DNA of 64,000 bases, from the NCBI GenBank assembly GCA_949045875.1, contig CARPYP010000008.1, positions 3,747 to 67,746 of the forward strand, written 5' to 3'. How positions within the stretch are numbered: position 1 is the first letter of the stretch; each line of letters opens with the position of its first letter. This stretch comes from an uncultured Clostridia bacterium (GTDB lineage: Bacteria > Bacillota > Clostridia > TANB77 > CAG-508). A program made the position numbers and the translations under genes. Under the pieces are notes generated by a model that saw only the letters and a program-made list of their open reading frames with translations, searched no databases and was not told the origin of the DNA. Shown here one piece after another: positions 18,881 through 28,111 of the stretch.

Positions 18881-18918
18881 GCAAAACTCCCAACCAAGTT
18901 TTCACTCTGTTGGGAGTT
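18881..18918 (-). terminator. rho-independent terminator of groESL
   Basis: 10-bp stem AACTCCCAAC/GTTGGGAGTT, followed on the minus strand by TTTT. Confidence 0.65.
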
Positions 18919-19044
18919 CGTGTGGTTTAAACAATGCGGGAAGCCTAAATTACGTTGCATTCCCCCTGTTCGTCTATGTTTGAGACGAAACTTAGAATCA
19001 TCTTAATATTTTTCTTATCTTACCATCAAATTGATTTCTTCGAA

Positions 19045-19073
19045 GAACGGGCGATTAATAATCGCACCTACAT
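19045..19073 (+). repeat. Rep-A family copy (type 2)
   Basis: GAACGGGCGATTAATAATCGCACCTACAT: stem GCGATT/AATCGC plus CCTACAT. Preceded by the palindrome TTCTTCGAAGAA (19036-19047). Confidence 0.6.
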
Positions 19074-19085
19074 CTCACTTCTCAA

Positions 19086-20778
<1,693 letters not shown>

Positions 20779-20887
20779 TAATTTATTAATTTATTTTTTC
20801 ATAATTAGCATACAATAAATAATTAATAAATTTGAAAAATTATTTGAATGAAATTGAGTTTAGAAAATGTTAAAAATTAATTTATAG

Positions 20888-20950
20888 GGAATCTCGAGTA
20901 TATCGAGAGGGCGCTGTAAATTAATTTGTTACAGTTTCTACGAAATTGAA
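20888..20950 (+). repeat. degenerate Rep-A-like element inside the groES-groEL spacer
   Basis: GGGAATCTCGAGTATATCGAGAGGGCGCTGTAAATTAATTTGTTACAGTTTCTACGAAATTGAA. The AGGGCGC..T.TA.AT head and TTACAGT..TTCT.C.AA tail align with copy 14441-14500. Confidence 0.4.
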
Positions 20951-21006
20951 TTCTAGGAATTTTGATAATTTATTAATTATTTAATTGTATATAGTGTACA
21001 TCGTTT

Positions 21007-21288
<282 letters not shown>

Positions 21289-21348
21289 TTAAAATTCCTC
21301 CTTTTTTATGTACCTTTTATTATATGTTACAAATTTATATTTGATAAT

Positions 21349-21375
21349 TTGGCACTCATATTTATTGACTGCTAA
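21349..21375. promoter_or_regulatory. CIRCE operator 2 (HrcA site) in the groES leader
   Basis: Minus strand reads TTAGCAGTC-N9-GAGTGCCAA, against the consensus TTAGCACTC-N9-GAGTGCTAA. Confidence 0.8.
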
Positions 21376-21391
21376 TATAATATACCAAAAA

Positions 21392-21418
21392 TTAGCACTT
21401 GTCAATATAAAGTGCTAA
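21392..21418. promoter_or_regulatory. CIRCE operator 1 overlapping the groES promoter -35
   Basis: Minus strand reads TTAGCACTT-N9-AAGTGCTAA. TTGACA lies inside it, followed by 17 nt and TATTAT. Confidence 0.8.
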
Positions 21419-21435
21419 TTTTTTTAATTTTTTTC

Positions 21436-21471
21436 TTAGTACTGACGTCCCCAAATTACCATTGTCGTTGC
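21436..21471 (-). pseudogene. vestigial original 3' end of proS (last 11 codons plus stop), displaced by an 84-nt insert
   Basis: GCAACGACAATGGTAATTTGGGGACGTCAGTACTAA encodes ATTMVIWGRQY*, identical to the live proS C-terminus (21520-21555). The last four sense codons (G-R-Q-Y) are synonymous variants and the stop codon is the same. Confidence 0.7.
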
Positions 21472-21478
21472 TGAAACT

Positions 21479-21507
21479 AGTAAAATTTGCTTCCAAATTT
21501 TTCACGC
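21479..21507 (+). repeat. Rep-C family copy, immediately 3' of the proS stop
   Basis: AGTAAAATTTGCTTCCAAATTTTTCACGC: stem AAAATTTG/CAAATTTT. Shares both ends with 16271-16338. Confidence 0.5.
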
Positions 21508-21519
21508 TCCAATGCGGTT

Positions 21520-22953
21520 TTAATATTGTCTACCCCAAATTACCATTGTCGTTGCGTTTTCGCCGCAGCATACACATTTGTTGCCTAGTTTTTCTTGTGT
21601 GAATGGTATACATCTTGAGTGTGCTCCTGTTAGTTCTTTTATTTTGTTTTCACATTCTTCTTTTCCACACCACATTGTTTTTATATATCCTTGCTTTTCT
21701 TCTATGTTTTTTACAAATTCGTCTAAGTTTGAGGCTATTGTTGTTCTTTCTTCTCTTATTTTTTTACATTCTTCATACATGTTTTTTTGTATGTCTTCTA
21801 ATGTTTCTTTTATTTTTTCGTTTAGCTTTTCTAAGTCTATTGTCTCTTTTTCTAATGTATCTCTTCTTACTATTACACATACATTATTTTCTATGTCTCT
21901 TGGTCCTAGTTCTATTCTTATTGGTACTCCTCTTAGTTCCCAGTCATTAAATTTATATCCTGGTGTGTAGTTTTCTCTTAAATCTATTTCTGCTCTGAAT
22001 TCTTGTTTTAGTTTTTCATAAACTTCTGTTGTTTTTTCTACTACTCCTTCTTTTTTCATCATGACTGGCACTACTACTACTTGTATTGGTGCAACTTTTG
22101 GTGGGAGTTTTAGTCCACGGTTGTCTCCATGTGCCATGATTGTAGCTCCTATTAGTCTTGTACTTATTCCCCATGATGTTTGATATGGATATTCTTCTTT
22201 TCCTTCTCTATTTTGGAATTTTACGTCATATGGTTTTGTAAAGTTTTGACCAAAGTAATGTGATGTTCCTGCTTGAATGGCTCTTCCATCATGCATTAAT
22301 GTTTCTACTGTGTATGTGGCTTCTGCTCCTGCAAATTTTTCCTTTTCTGTCTTTTTACCTTTTAATACAGGGATTGCAAGTATATTTTCTATTACTTCTG
22401 CATATATGTCTAACATTTGTAGTGTTCTTTTTTCTGCTTCTTCTTTTGTTTCATGTATTGTATGCCCTTCTTGCCATAAGAATTCCCTAGAACGTAAAAA
22501 TGGTCTTGTTTCTTTTTCCCATCTTAATACATTACACCATTGATTATATACAAATGGTAAGTCTCTCCAAGATTTTAACCATTTTGAGTATAAGTCACAG
22601 AACATTGTTTCAGATGTTGGTCTTATACATAATTTTTCGTCTAATTCTTTCCCCCCTGCTTCTGTAACTGTTGCTACTTCTGGTGCAAATCCCTCAACAT
22701 GATCTTTCTCCTTTTGTAATAAACTTTCTGGAATTAAAACAGGGAAATATACATTTTTTACTTCATTCTTTTTGAATATCTCATCTGTGTACTTTTGTAT
22801 ATTTTCCCATATTGCATATCCATATGGTTTTATTGCTATACATCCTTTTGTCCCTGTATAATCTGCTAAGTCTGCTTTTAATACTATGTCTGTATACCAT
22901 TTTGCAAAGTCTTCTTCTATGTTTGTTACCTCTTTTACAAATTCTTTATCCAT
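21520..22953 (-). CDS. proS: proline--tRNA ligase (archaeal/eukaryote-like type with a C-terminal Zn domain)
   Basis: 477 aa: FAKWYTDIVLKADLADYTGTKGCIAIKPYGYAIWE, RPTSET, FLWQEGHT, and the C-terminal CxxC...CxxC. Confidence 0.93.
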   Translation of the reverse strand: MDKEFVKEVTNIEEDFAKWYTDIVLKADLADYTGTKGCIAIKPYGYAIWENIQKYTDEIFKKNEVKNVYFPVLIPESLLQKEKDHVEGFAPEVATVTEAGGKELDEKLCIRPTSETMFCDLYSKWLKSWRDLPFVYNQWCNVLRWEKETRPFLRSREFLWQEGHTIHETKEEAEKRTLQMLDIYAEVIENILAIPVLKGKKTEKEKFAGAEATYTVETLMHDGRAIQAGTSHYFGQNFTKPYDVKFQNREGKEEYPYQTSWGISTRLIGATIMAHGDNRGLKLPPKVAPIQVVVVPVMMKKEGVVEKTTEVYEKLKQEFRAEIDLRENYTPGYKFNDWELRGVPIRIELGPRDIENNVCVIVRRDTLEKETIDLEKLNEKIKETLEDIQKNMYEECKKIREERTTIASNLDEFVKNIEEKQGYIKTMWCGKEECENKIKELTGAHSRCIPFTQEKLGNKCVCCGENATTMVIWGRQY

Positions 22954-23020
22954 GTTTATTCCTCTCCTTTTCTTTATTCTGTCTTCCCCTATAGTTCATT
23001 TTATTATTAAGTTGGAAAAG

Positions 23021-23120
23021 AATTGTTCTTTCGCTAGGCAAACAAAATTGAAATCAATGAGGCGTACTAGTGTACGTTGATTTGATTTCAATTGCAGTTT
23101 AACAACGCGAAAGGTCAATT
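23021..23120 (+). repeat. Rep-B family copy (~100-nt long hairpin), abutting the scpB stop codon
   Basis: AATTGTTCTTTCGC...GGCGTACTAGTGTACGTTGA...GCGAAAGGTCAATT aligns end to end with 50195-50293. Changes in two stems are compensatory. Confidence 0.65.
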
Positions 23121-23670
23121 ATTTTTCAACTGAAACGATTTGTTGATTTTCATCAATTCTATACTTCGGCAGTTCTGGTAATTCCTCTAAACTTCCATAT
23201 CCGAACATTCTTAAAAATTCATCTGTTGTTTTGTATGACATTGGTTTTCCTAAAATATCAACTTTTCCTGCTTCTTCTATTAAGTTATATTCTAATAGTT
23301 TGTATATTACTGCATCTGATGATACCCCTCTTATTGCTTCTATTTCTGCTCTTGTTATTCTTGGATTATATGCTATTATTGATAGTGCTTCTAATGCTGC
23401 TTGTGAAAGTTTTGGCTTTATTCTTTTGTCTATTACTGGGTTAATATATTCATAATATTCTTTTTTAGTACACATTTGATAGCCATCATTAATTCTAATA
23501 ATTTCTATCCCTCTTGATATGTCTTTATATTCTTTGTTCATATCATTAATTATTTCTATAATGTCTTTTTCATTAATTTCTACCGCTAATTCTAATTCTT
23601 TTATTTTTACAACTCTCCCCGCACAAAATAGTATTGCTTCTATTATTCCTCTTATTTTGTCTATTTCCAT
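23119..23670 (-). CDS. scpB: segregation and condensation protein B
   Basis: IIEAILFCAGRVVKIKEL...SQAALEALSIIAYNPRITRAEIEAIRGVSSD...L.E.GLI. 183 aa. Confidence 0.9.
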   Translation of the reverse strand: MEIDKIRGIIEAILFCAGRVVKIKELELAVEINEKDIIEIINDMNKEYKDISRGIEIIRINDGYQMCTKKEYYEYINPVIDKRIKPKLSQAALEALSIIAYNPRITRAEIEAIRGVSSDAVIYKLLEYNLIEEAGKVDILGKPMSYKTTDEFLRMFGYGSLEELPELPKYRIDENQQIVSVEK

Positions 23671-23706
23671 AATGATTAATTTTTCCTTTCTATATTTCTT
23701 TGCAAC

Positions 23707-23732
23707 CGGACGCCCAAAGGGCGCCCCTACAT
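23707..23732 (+). repeat. Rep-A family copy (type 1)
   Basis: CGGACGCCCAAAGGGCGCCCCTACAT, between a hypothetical gene and scpB. Confidence 0.65.
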
Positions 23733-23772
23733 TTTTATGGTGATTTGCTAGAATATCGGAAATCTTACTTTT

Positions 23773-24225
23773 CTATTTTTTGAAAAGACTCTTTATTTTT
23801 TGCCATAAATTCGTTTTTTTCCTTACTTTTATATCACCTTTAGATGGAATATATTTTTCAATTTCGCTTATAATATATGCGTTTCTATATCCCTCTTTGT
23901 CTTGTTCTTTTAATTCTTGAATTAATTTATATATGTTTCCATTTAATTGTTCTAGTCTATCTTTATAACAAAAATTTTCACTATATGGATTATATTTGTC
24001 TTCTATTATATTATCATTGCTTATATTTTCATTTGTGTCTTCTTCTGTATCGAATATTGCTGGTTGAGCAGTTGTTTCTGCCTTTTCTATCATATTTATT
24101 AATTTTTTTATTTTTGTGGTGTATACTTCTGTTTTTATTTCATTTTTTACTGAAAAGTCTTTTTCAGTATACGCATCTATCTTTTGGCATATTTTTTCTA
24201 CTTTTTCGTATATTTCATTACTCAT
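23773..24225 (-). CDS. 150-aa hypothetical protein
   Basis: RBS GGAGAACTAGGG-ATG. Acidic and coiled-coil-like. No motif recognised; not ScpA-like. Confidence 0.5.
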   Translation of the reverse strand: MSNEIYEKVEKICQKIDAYTEKDFSVKNEIKTEVYTTKIKKLINMIEKAETTAQPAIFDTEEDTNENISNDNIIEDKYNPYSENFCYKDRLEQLNGNIYKLIQELKEQDKEGYRNAYIISEIEKYIPSKGDIKVRKKTNLWQKIKSLFKK

Positions 24226-24259
24226 CCCTAGTTCTCCATTTCATTATTTTTTATAATAT

Positions 24260-24394
24260 TTAATTTCCTAGTTTAGCTAATGTTTCTTGTAATACTTTTT
24301 TACATTTTTTTAATGTTTTTTTATCAATTTGTTTTAATTCTTCCTCTGTAAATTTTATGTTATAGTCTTCAAATATAATTTCTTCGTCCATCAT
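24260..24394 (-). CDS. possible 44-aa hypothetical protein
   Basis: Own translation MMDEEIIFEDYNIKFTEEELKQIDKKTLKKCKKVLQETLAKLGN, with RBS GAAAGGGAAGG 5 nt upstream. Below the ORF-track cutoff. Confidence 0.4.
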   Translation of the reverse strand: MMDEEIIFEDYNIKFTEEELKQIDKKTLKKCKKVLQETLAKLGN

Positions 24395-24530
24395 TATTAC
24401 CTTCCCTTTCTGTGGCGTATGCTTCATCTCTCTTCTTTTTTCTATATAAATATACTATAACTTTTAATTTTTTTCAATACTTTATACTAGAAAAAGACAC
24501 ATCTCTGTGTCTTTTTCTAATTTATATTTT

Positions 24531-24887
24531 TTACATATTATAATCTTTTACTTTTTTGAATGCATATATTCCAGCTACTGTACAAATTATCATTAATCCT
24601 ATAATTATATTTTCATTAGTACCTGTCTTTGGTAATGTTTTATTAGTATTTGTTGTATTGTTTGTTATACTAGTTATTGGTGTTGTATTTGCAGTATTTG
24701 TTGATGTATTTCCTGCTGTATTAAATAATTCTGTTGATGTATTGTTTGTTTGTTGCAAATTACTTGTTTCATTTCCTTCCCCTAATATTTGGTCAATTGT
24801 CATAGCTCCAACTCTACATGTTTGAATTATTATTAAACTTAAAATGAATAACAAAATTAAAACTTTTATTACTTTGTTTTTACTCAT
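24531..24887 (-). CDS. small LPXTG-anchored surface protein
   Basis: Signal peptide, Thr/Asn-rich spacer, LPKTG, a hydrophobic helix and a basic tail (KKVKDYNM). Start moved to ATG 24887 (AAAGGAGAAAAAGCT-ATG). Confidence 0.7.
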   Translation of the reverse strand: MSKNKVIKVLILLFILSLIIIQTCRVGAMTIDQILGEGNETSNLQQTNNTSTELFNTAGNTSTNTANTTPITSITNNTTNTNKTLPKTGTNENIIIGLMIICTVAGIYAFKKVKDYNM

Positions 24888-24997
24888 AGCTTTTTCTCCT
24901 TTTCTTTTATTATATAACACTTAATATAAGTTATACTATATTTTAAAATTTTTTGCAATAGTTTTTTTTTACTTTTTTAGTTTTTTTTTACATTATT

Positions 24998-26302
24998 TTA
25001 GAAATGCCTTCCAATTTTGCCTGTTTCTATTGCAATATTTTGATTTCTTATTTTTAGACCGTCCTCTTCTATATCGTCTTCTATTATTAACTCCTCGTCT
25101 GTTGATTCTTCCAACTCTTTACTAAGCATATATGAAAGGATTATATATCTTATTGCAATTATTCCTAATGAGCAAATAATTAATATAGATAAAATTTTTT
25201 TTAAATTATCAGCTATAAAATTATTATTCCCATTATCTTTTTTATTATCACTATCATCTGTCATTCCAACTATTTCTTGCTGTTCTGTTTCATTTTTTAA
25301 GTCTATAATGTATACTGAACTTTCTTCTCCTAATGTTACTGTTATTTTTATTACATTGTCTCCTTCTTTTAATTCTGTTGCTCCTTCTATGTCTATTTTT
25401 GCTTCTGGTATATTTGCCGTTGCATCAATTTCTAATTCTTTCATGTTTTTCACATTTGTTGTATAAGAGTAAATTTCTGGATTAAATTCAGGATTTAATT
25501 CTACATCTTTTATTATTAATGATGTTAATTTGGGTTTTGTTTCTTGTGTTATTGGTACATCTGATATTGGTGCCTGCTCATCTATTATGTTTGGTACCGT
25601 AGTATCATCTGCTAATCTTATTATATTTACATTATACGTTTTTTTTGTCCCATTTTCAGCAGTTACATTTATTTGAAATTTATTTGTTTGACCTGCAACT
25701 AATGATTTTGTTCCTGTTCCACTTACAGTTGCTTTACTATGATTTTTTACAGCACTTATTTTTATTGAGTTTACTGATGATTCTACTGTATAACTAATTG
25801 TATTTTTTAATGATGAACCCGAAAATGTTTTTCCACCTATTGTAATTGATTTTAATGTTGCATCACCCGATTTTGTAGTGTTTGGCTGACTTGGCGTTGT
25901 TGGATTTGTTGGTTGATTTGGTGTTGTTGGATTATTTGCACCTACTGTTATTATTACCGATTTTGGTGATGTTATTTTATTATATTCTGTATCTGAAACA
26001 TCTACTGGTGTAACCGTTATTGTTGCTGTTCCTGCTGCTTTTGCTGTTAAAGTTATATTTTCGCTACTCGATACCCAGACTGATGGTGTTCCTACTGTTA
26101 ATACACTTGGATTTGATGATGTTATATTAAATCTTCCTTCTGCATTTGTTGTTTTTATAGTTAGTGTTGCTGTTTTTCCCGTTTCTATTGATTTTGATGA
26201 TGCTGATACAGTGTAACTTCCTGCAGCATAAACTATTGAGTGTAATGAAATTAAAAATATTGTAATCGTTATAAAAATTAATATTTTTTTTGCTGTTTTC
26301 AT
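24998..26302 (-). CDS. cell-surface protein: Big_2-like Ig domain, Pro/Thr linker, two cadherin-like beta-sandwich domains, C-terminal TM anchor
   Basis: Signal peptide; ...ITLTAKAAGTATITVTPVD (Big_2-like); DATLKSITIGGKTF...YTVESSVNSIKISA...KTYNVNI and LTSLIIKDVELNPEFNPEIYSYTTNV... (cadherin-like). TM helix near residue 385. Confidence 0.65.
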   Translation of the reverse strand: MKTAKKILIFITITIFLISLHSIVYAAGSYTVSASSKSIETGKTATLTIKTTNAEGRFNITSSNPSVLTVGTPSVWVSSSENITLTAKAAGTATITVTPVDVSDTEYNKITSPKSVIITVGANNPTTPNQPTNPTTPSQPNTTKSGDATLKSITIGGKTFSGSSLKNTISYTVESSVNSIKISAVKNHSKATVSGTGTKSLVAGQTNKFQINVTAENGTKKTYNVNIIRLADDTTVPNIIDEQAPISDVPITQETKPKLTSLIIKDVELNPEFNPEIYSYTTNVKNMKELEIDATANIPEAKIDIEGATELKEGDNVIKITVTLGEESSVYIIDLKNETEQQEIVGMTDDSDNKKDNGNNNFIADNLKKILSILIICSLGIIAIRYIILSYMLSKELEESTDEELIIEDDIEEDGLKIRNQNIAIETGKIGRHF

Positions 26303-26365
26303 TTTTAATATACTTCCTTTCTAAGGTATAAACCCTTTAACTTTTGTTATTTATTTTAAACTTAA

Positions 26366-27919
26366 TTACATTGTTATTGCTGAAATTCCCATTATATGAT
26401 TTTTAATTTTCATATAGTCTCTTGCATCTATTACTCTGTCTGCATATATATCTCCTAATACTACTACTTCATATTCTGTTCCATTTATAGTGAATTTATC
26501 ACCTGTTGTTAATGGATAATTAGATTCTAGTGGTCTTAAATCTCCTGCTCTTACTGAATAATTTGTTACTGATAGACTACTTGCTATTTCTGCTATTGTT
26601 TTACCAGGTATTGCTACTAAATTTTTTCCTTCTATTTTTGCAATTTTATTTCCTGCTCCATTATTACATGGTGCTAAGTATTTATTTGCTATATACCCTA
26701 CATTTCCATTTGATAGTTGCACTTTTGCCCATTGTAAGTTATTTGCTGTCCCTGCATTAAATTCTAATACTGTAACTACTTCATTTTTTTTAAGTGTTCC
26801 AAGTATACTTGATGATGTTGTTGGTGCTTGTCTTAGTCTTACATCACTTCCTGTTAAATAATATGAGTTTGGAAGTGTTGTGTCTATAGTTGTAGGTAGA
26901 TTATTCGATGCTGGCATATTATTATAAACTGGTATTATAAAATTTAATGATGAACTTAGTAAATTGTTTTTTGCATATGTATTAAATAAGTTTTTTGCTT
27001 GGCTTGATGGGTCTTGAATATTTGTCATATATTGATGTTTAAATAATTGAGAAAGTTCTGTTCCTACAACATCCCATTTATAGAAATATGCTGTATTTTG
27101 CCCTGCATTTGTATATGAATTTGCCATTTTTTTAGCACCTTCTATAATTGATATATATTGATTTGTCCATCCATTTGCTTTTGCATATTCTAGTCCATTT
27201 GCTATTGCATCTCCTGTGTCATATGCACCATAGTTGAAAAAGTTATAATAATTATCATATACTGTGCCATTTTTTGCTACATAGTGCCCTGATACTGAAG
27301 CACTACCATTTCTTCCTACTTCTTGTATTATTTTTATTGCTATACTATATGGACTCATTTTGCTTTGTTTTGCTGCTTCCATTATTATCCCTGAGTATGG
27401 CATTGTACATTCTTTTCCATTTAGATTAAATGTTACTGTTGTATTCATAAATGTTGAAGCTATAATTCCTTTAACTCCTGCTTCTGTTTGTGAATTTGAA
27501 TTATATGTCATTTCTAAAAATTGGAATATTCCTGATTCATTCAAAAAGTTTCTTGGGTCTGAATAGTATTTTAATATTGATGTTGAAGCACATGCATATC
27601 CACTAGCAACTTGTCCACAACTATCTAACCATAAAGCATTTGAGGATTTTATGACTGTATTTCTTAAATGTAAGGATGTTTCTTCTCTTATGAATTCATC
27701 CCAATTTATTCCTGTATTAAATGCTGTAAATGTCCAGTTTGGATACAGCGATTTTAATTCGTTTAATTTTGCTTGATAACTTGCTGGAAAATTAGATATA
27801 CCTGTTTTTGTTGTTTGTGTATATGTACTTGCTTTTACACTATGTGGAATATATATTATTTGAATTATTAGTATTACACAGAATATAAGTATTAATATCT
27901 TTTTTCTATGTAGTTTCAT
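26366..27919 (-). CDS. secreted glucosaminidase-family peptidoglycan hydrolase with an SH3b domain and a dockerin-like C-terminal repeat
   Basis: Signal peptide; SPYSIAIKIIQEVGRNG...YNFFNYGAYD (glucosaminidase-like); VRLRQAPTTSSSILGTLKKNEVVTVL...WAKVQLSNGNVGYI (SH3b); GDIYADRVIDARDYMKIKNHIMG (a single dockerin/EF-hand-like repeat). Confidence 0.6.
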   Translation of the reverse strand: MKLHRKKILILIFCVILIIQIIYIPHSVKASTYTQTTKTGISNFPASYQAKLNELKSLYPNWTFTAFNTGINWDEFIREETSLHLRNTVIKSSNALWLDSCGQVASGYACASTSILKYYSDPRNFLNESGIFQFLEMTYNSNSQTEAGVKGIIASTFMNTTVTFNLNGKECTMPYSGIIMEAAKQSKMSPYSIAIKIIQEVGRNGSASVSGHYVAKNGTVYDNYYNFFNYGAYDTGDAIANGLEYAKANGWTNQYISIIEGAKKMANSYTNAGQNTAYFYKWDVVGTELSQLFKHQYMTNIQDPSSQAKNLFNTYAKNNLLSSSLNFIIPVYNNMPASNNLPTTIDTTLPNSYYLTGSDVRLRQAPTTSSSILGTLKKNEVVTVLEFNAGTANNLQWAKVQLSNGNVGYIANKYLAPCNNGAGNKIAKIEGKNLVAIPGKTIAEIASSLSVTNYSVRAGDLRPLESNYPLTTGDKFTINGTEYEVVVLGDIYADRVIDARDYMKIKNHIMGISAITM

Positions 27920-28077
27920 TTTTATGTTCCTCCTCTTTATTATTTATTGTAGTTTTCTTTAATAATATACATTTAATTTCTTTTTCTTACATAGTATAAC
28001 ATTTCTTGACTTTTTTAGTCAATGAAAATTTCTATTTGTAATGTAAATGTAATATAATTTTAATATTACATGAATAC

Positions 28078-28102
28078 AAAAAAGGGCACATGCAATGTGC
28101 CC
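28078..28102 (-). terminator. rho-independent terminator of glgP
   Basis: Minus strand: GGGCACAT-TGC-ATGTGCCC followed by TTTTTT. Confidence 0.75.
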
Positions 28103-28111
28103 ACACAGTTC

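Noticed and set aside
18768-18905. N-terminal 46-codon extension of the ArsR-family ORF in the track
   Set aside because: The extension runs through the groESL terminator hairpin (18881-18918) and the operator palindrome. An RBS precedes the internal ATG at 18767.
21392-21418. Hairpin first read as the proS terminator
   Set aside because: The sequence is TTAGCACTT-N9-AAGTGCTAA, a CIRCE operator overlapping the groES -35. It may also help terminate proS, but its primary identity is CIRCE.
22954-23118. Possible T-box riboswitch in the 165-nt proS leader
   Set aside because: No T-box consensus (..GGGTGGTACCGCG..), no recognisable stem I/specifier architecture, and the region is too short. Most of it is the Rep-B long hairpin, which also occurs after mutS.
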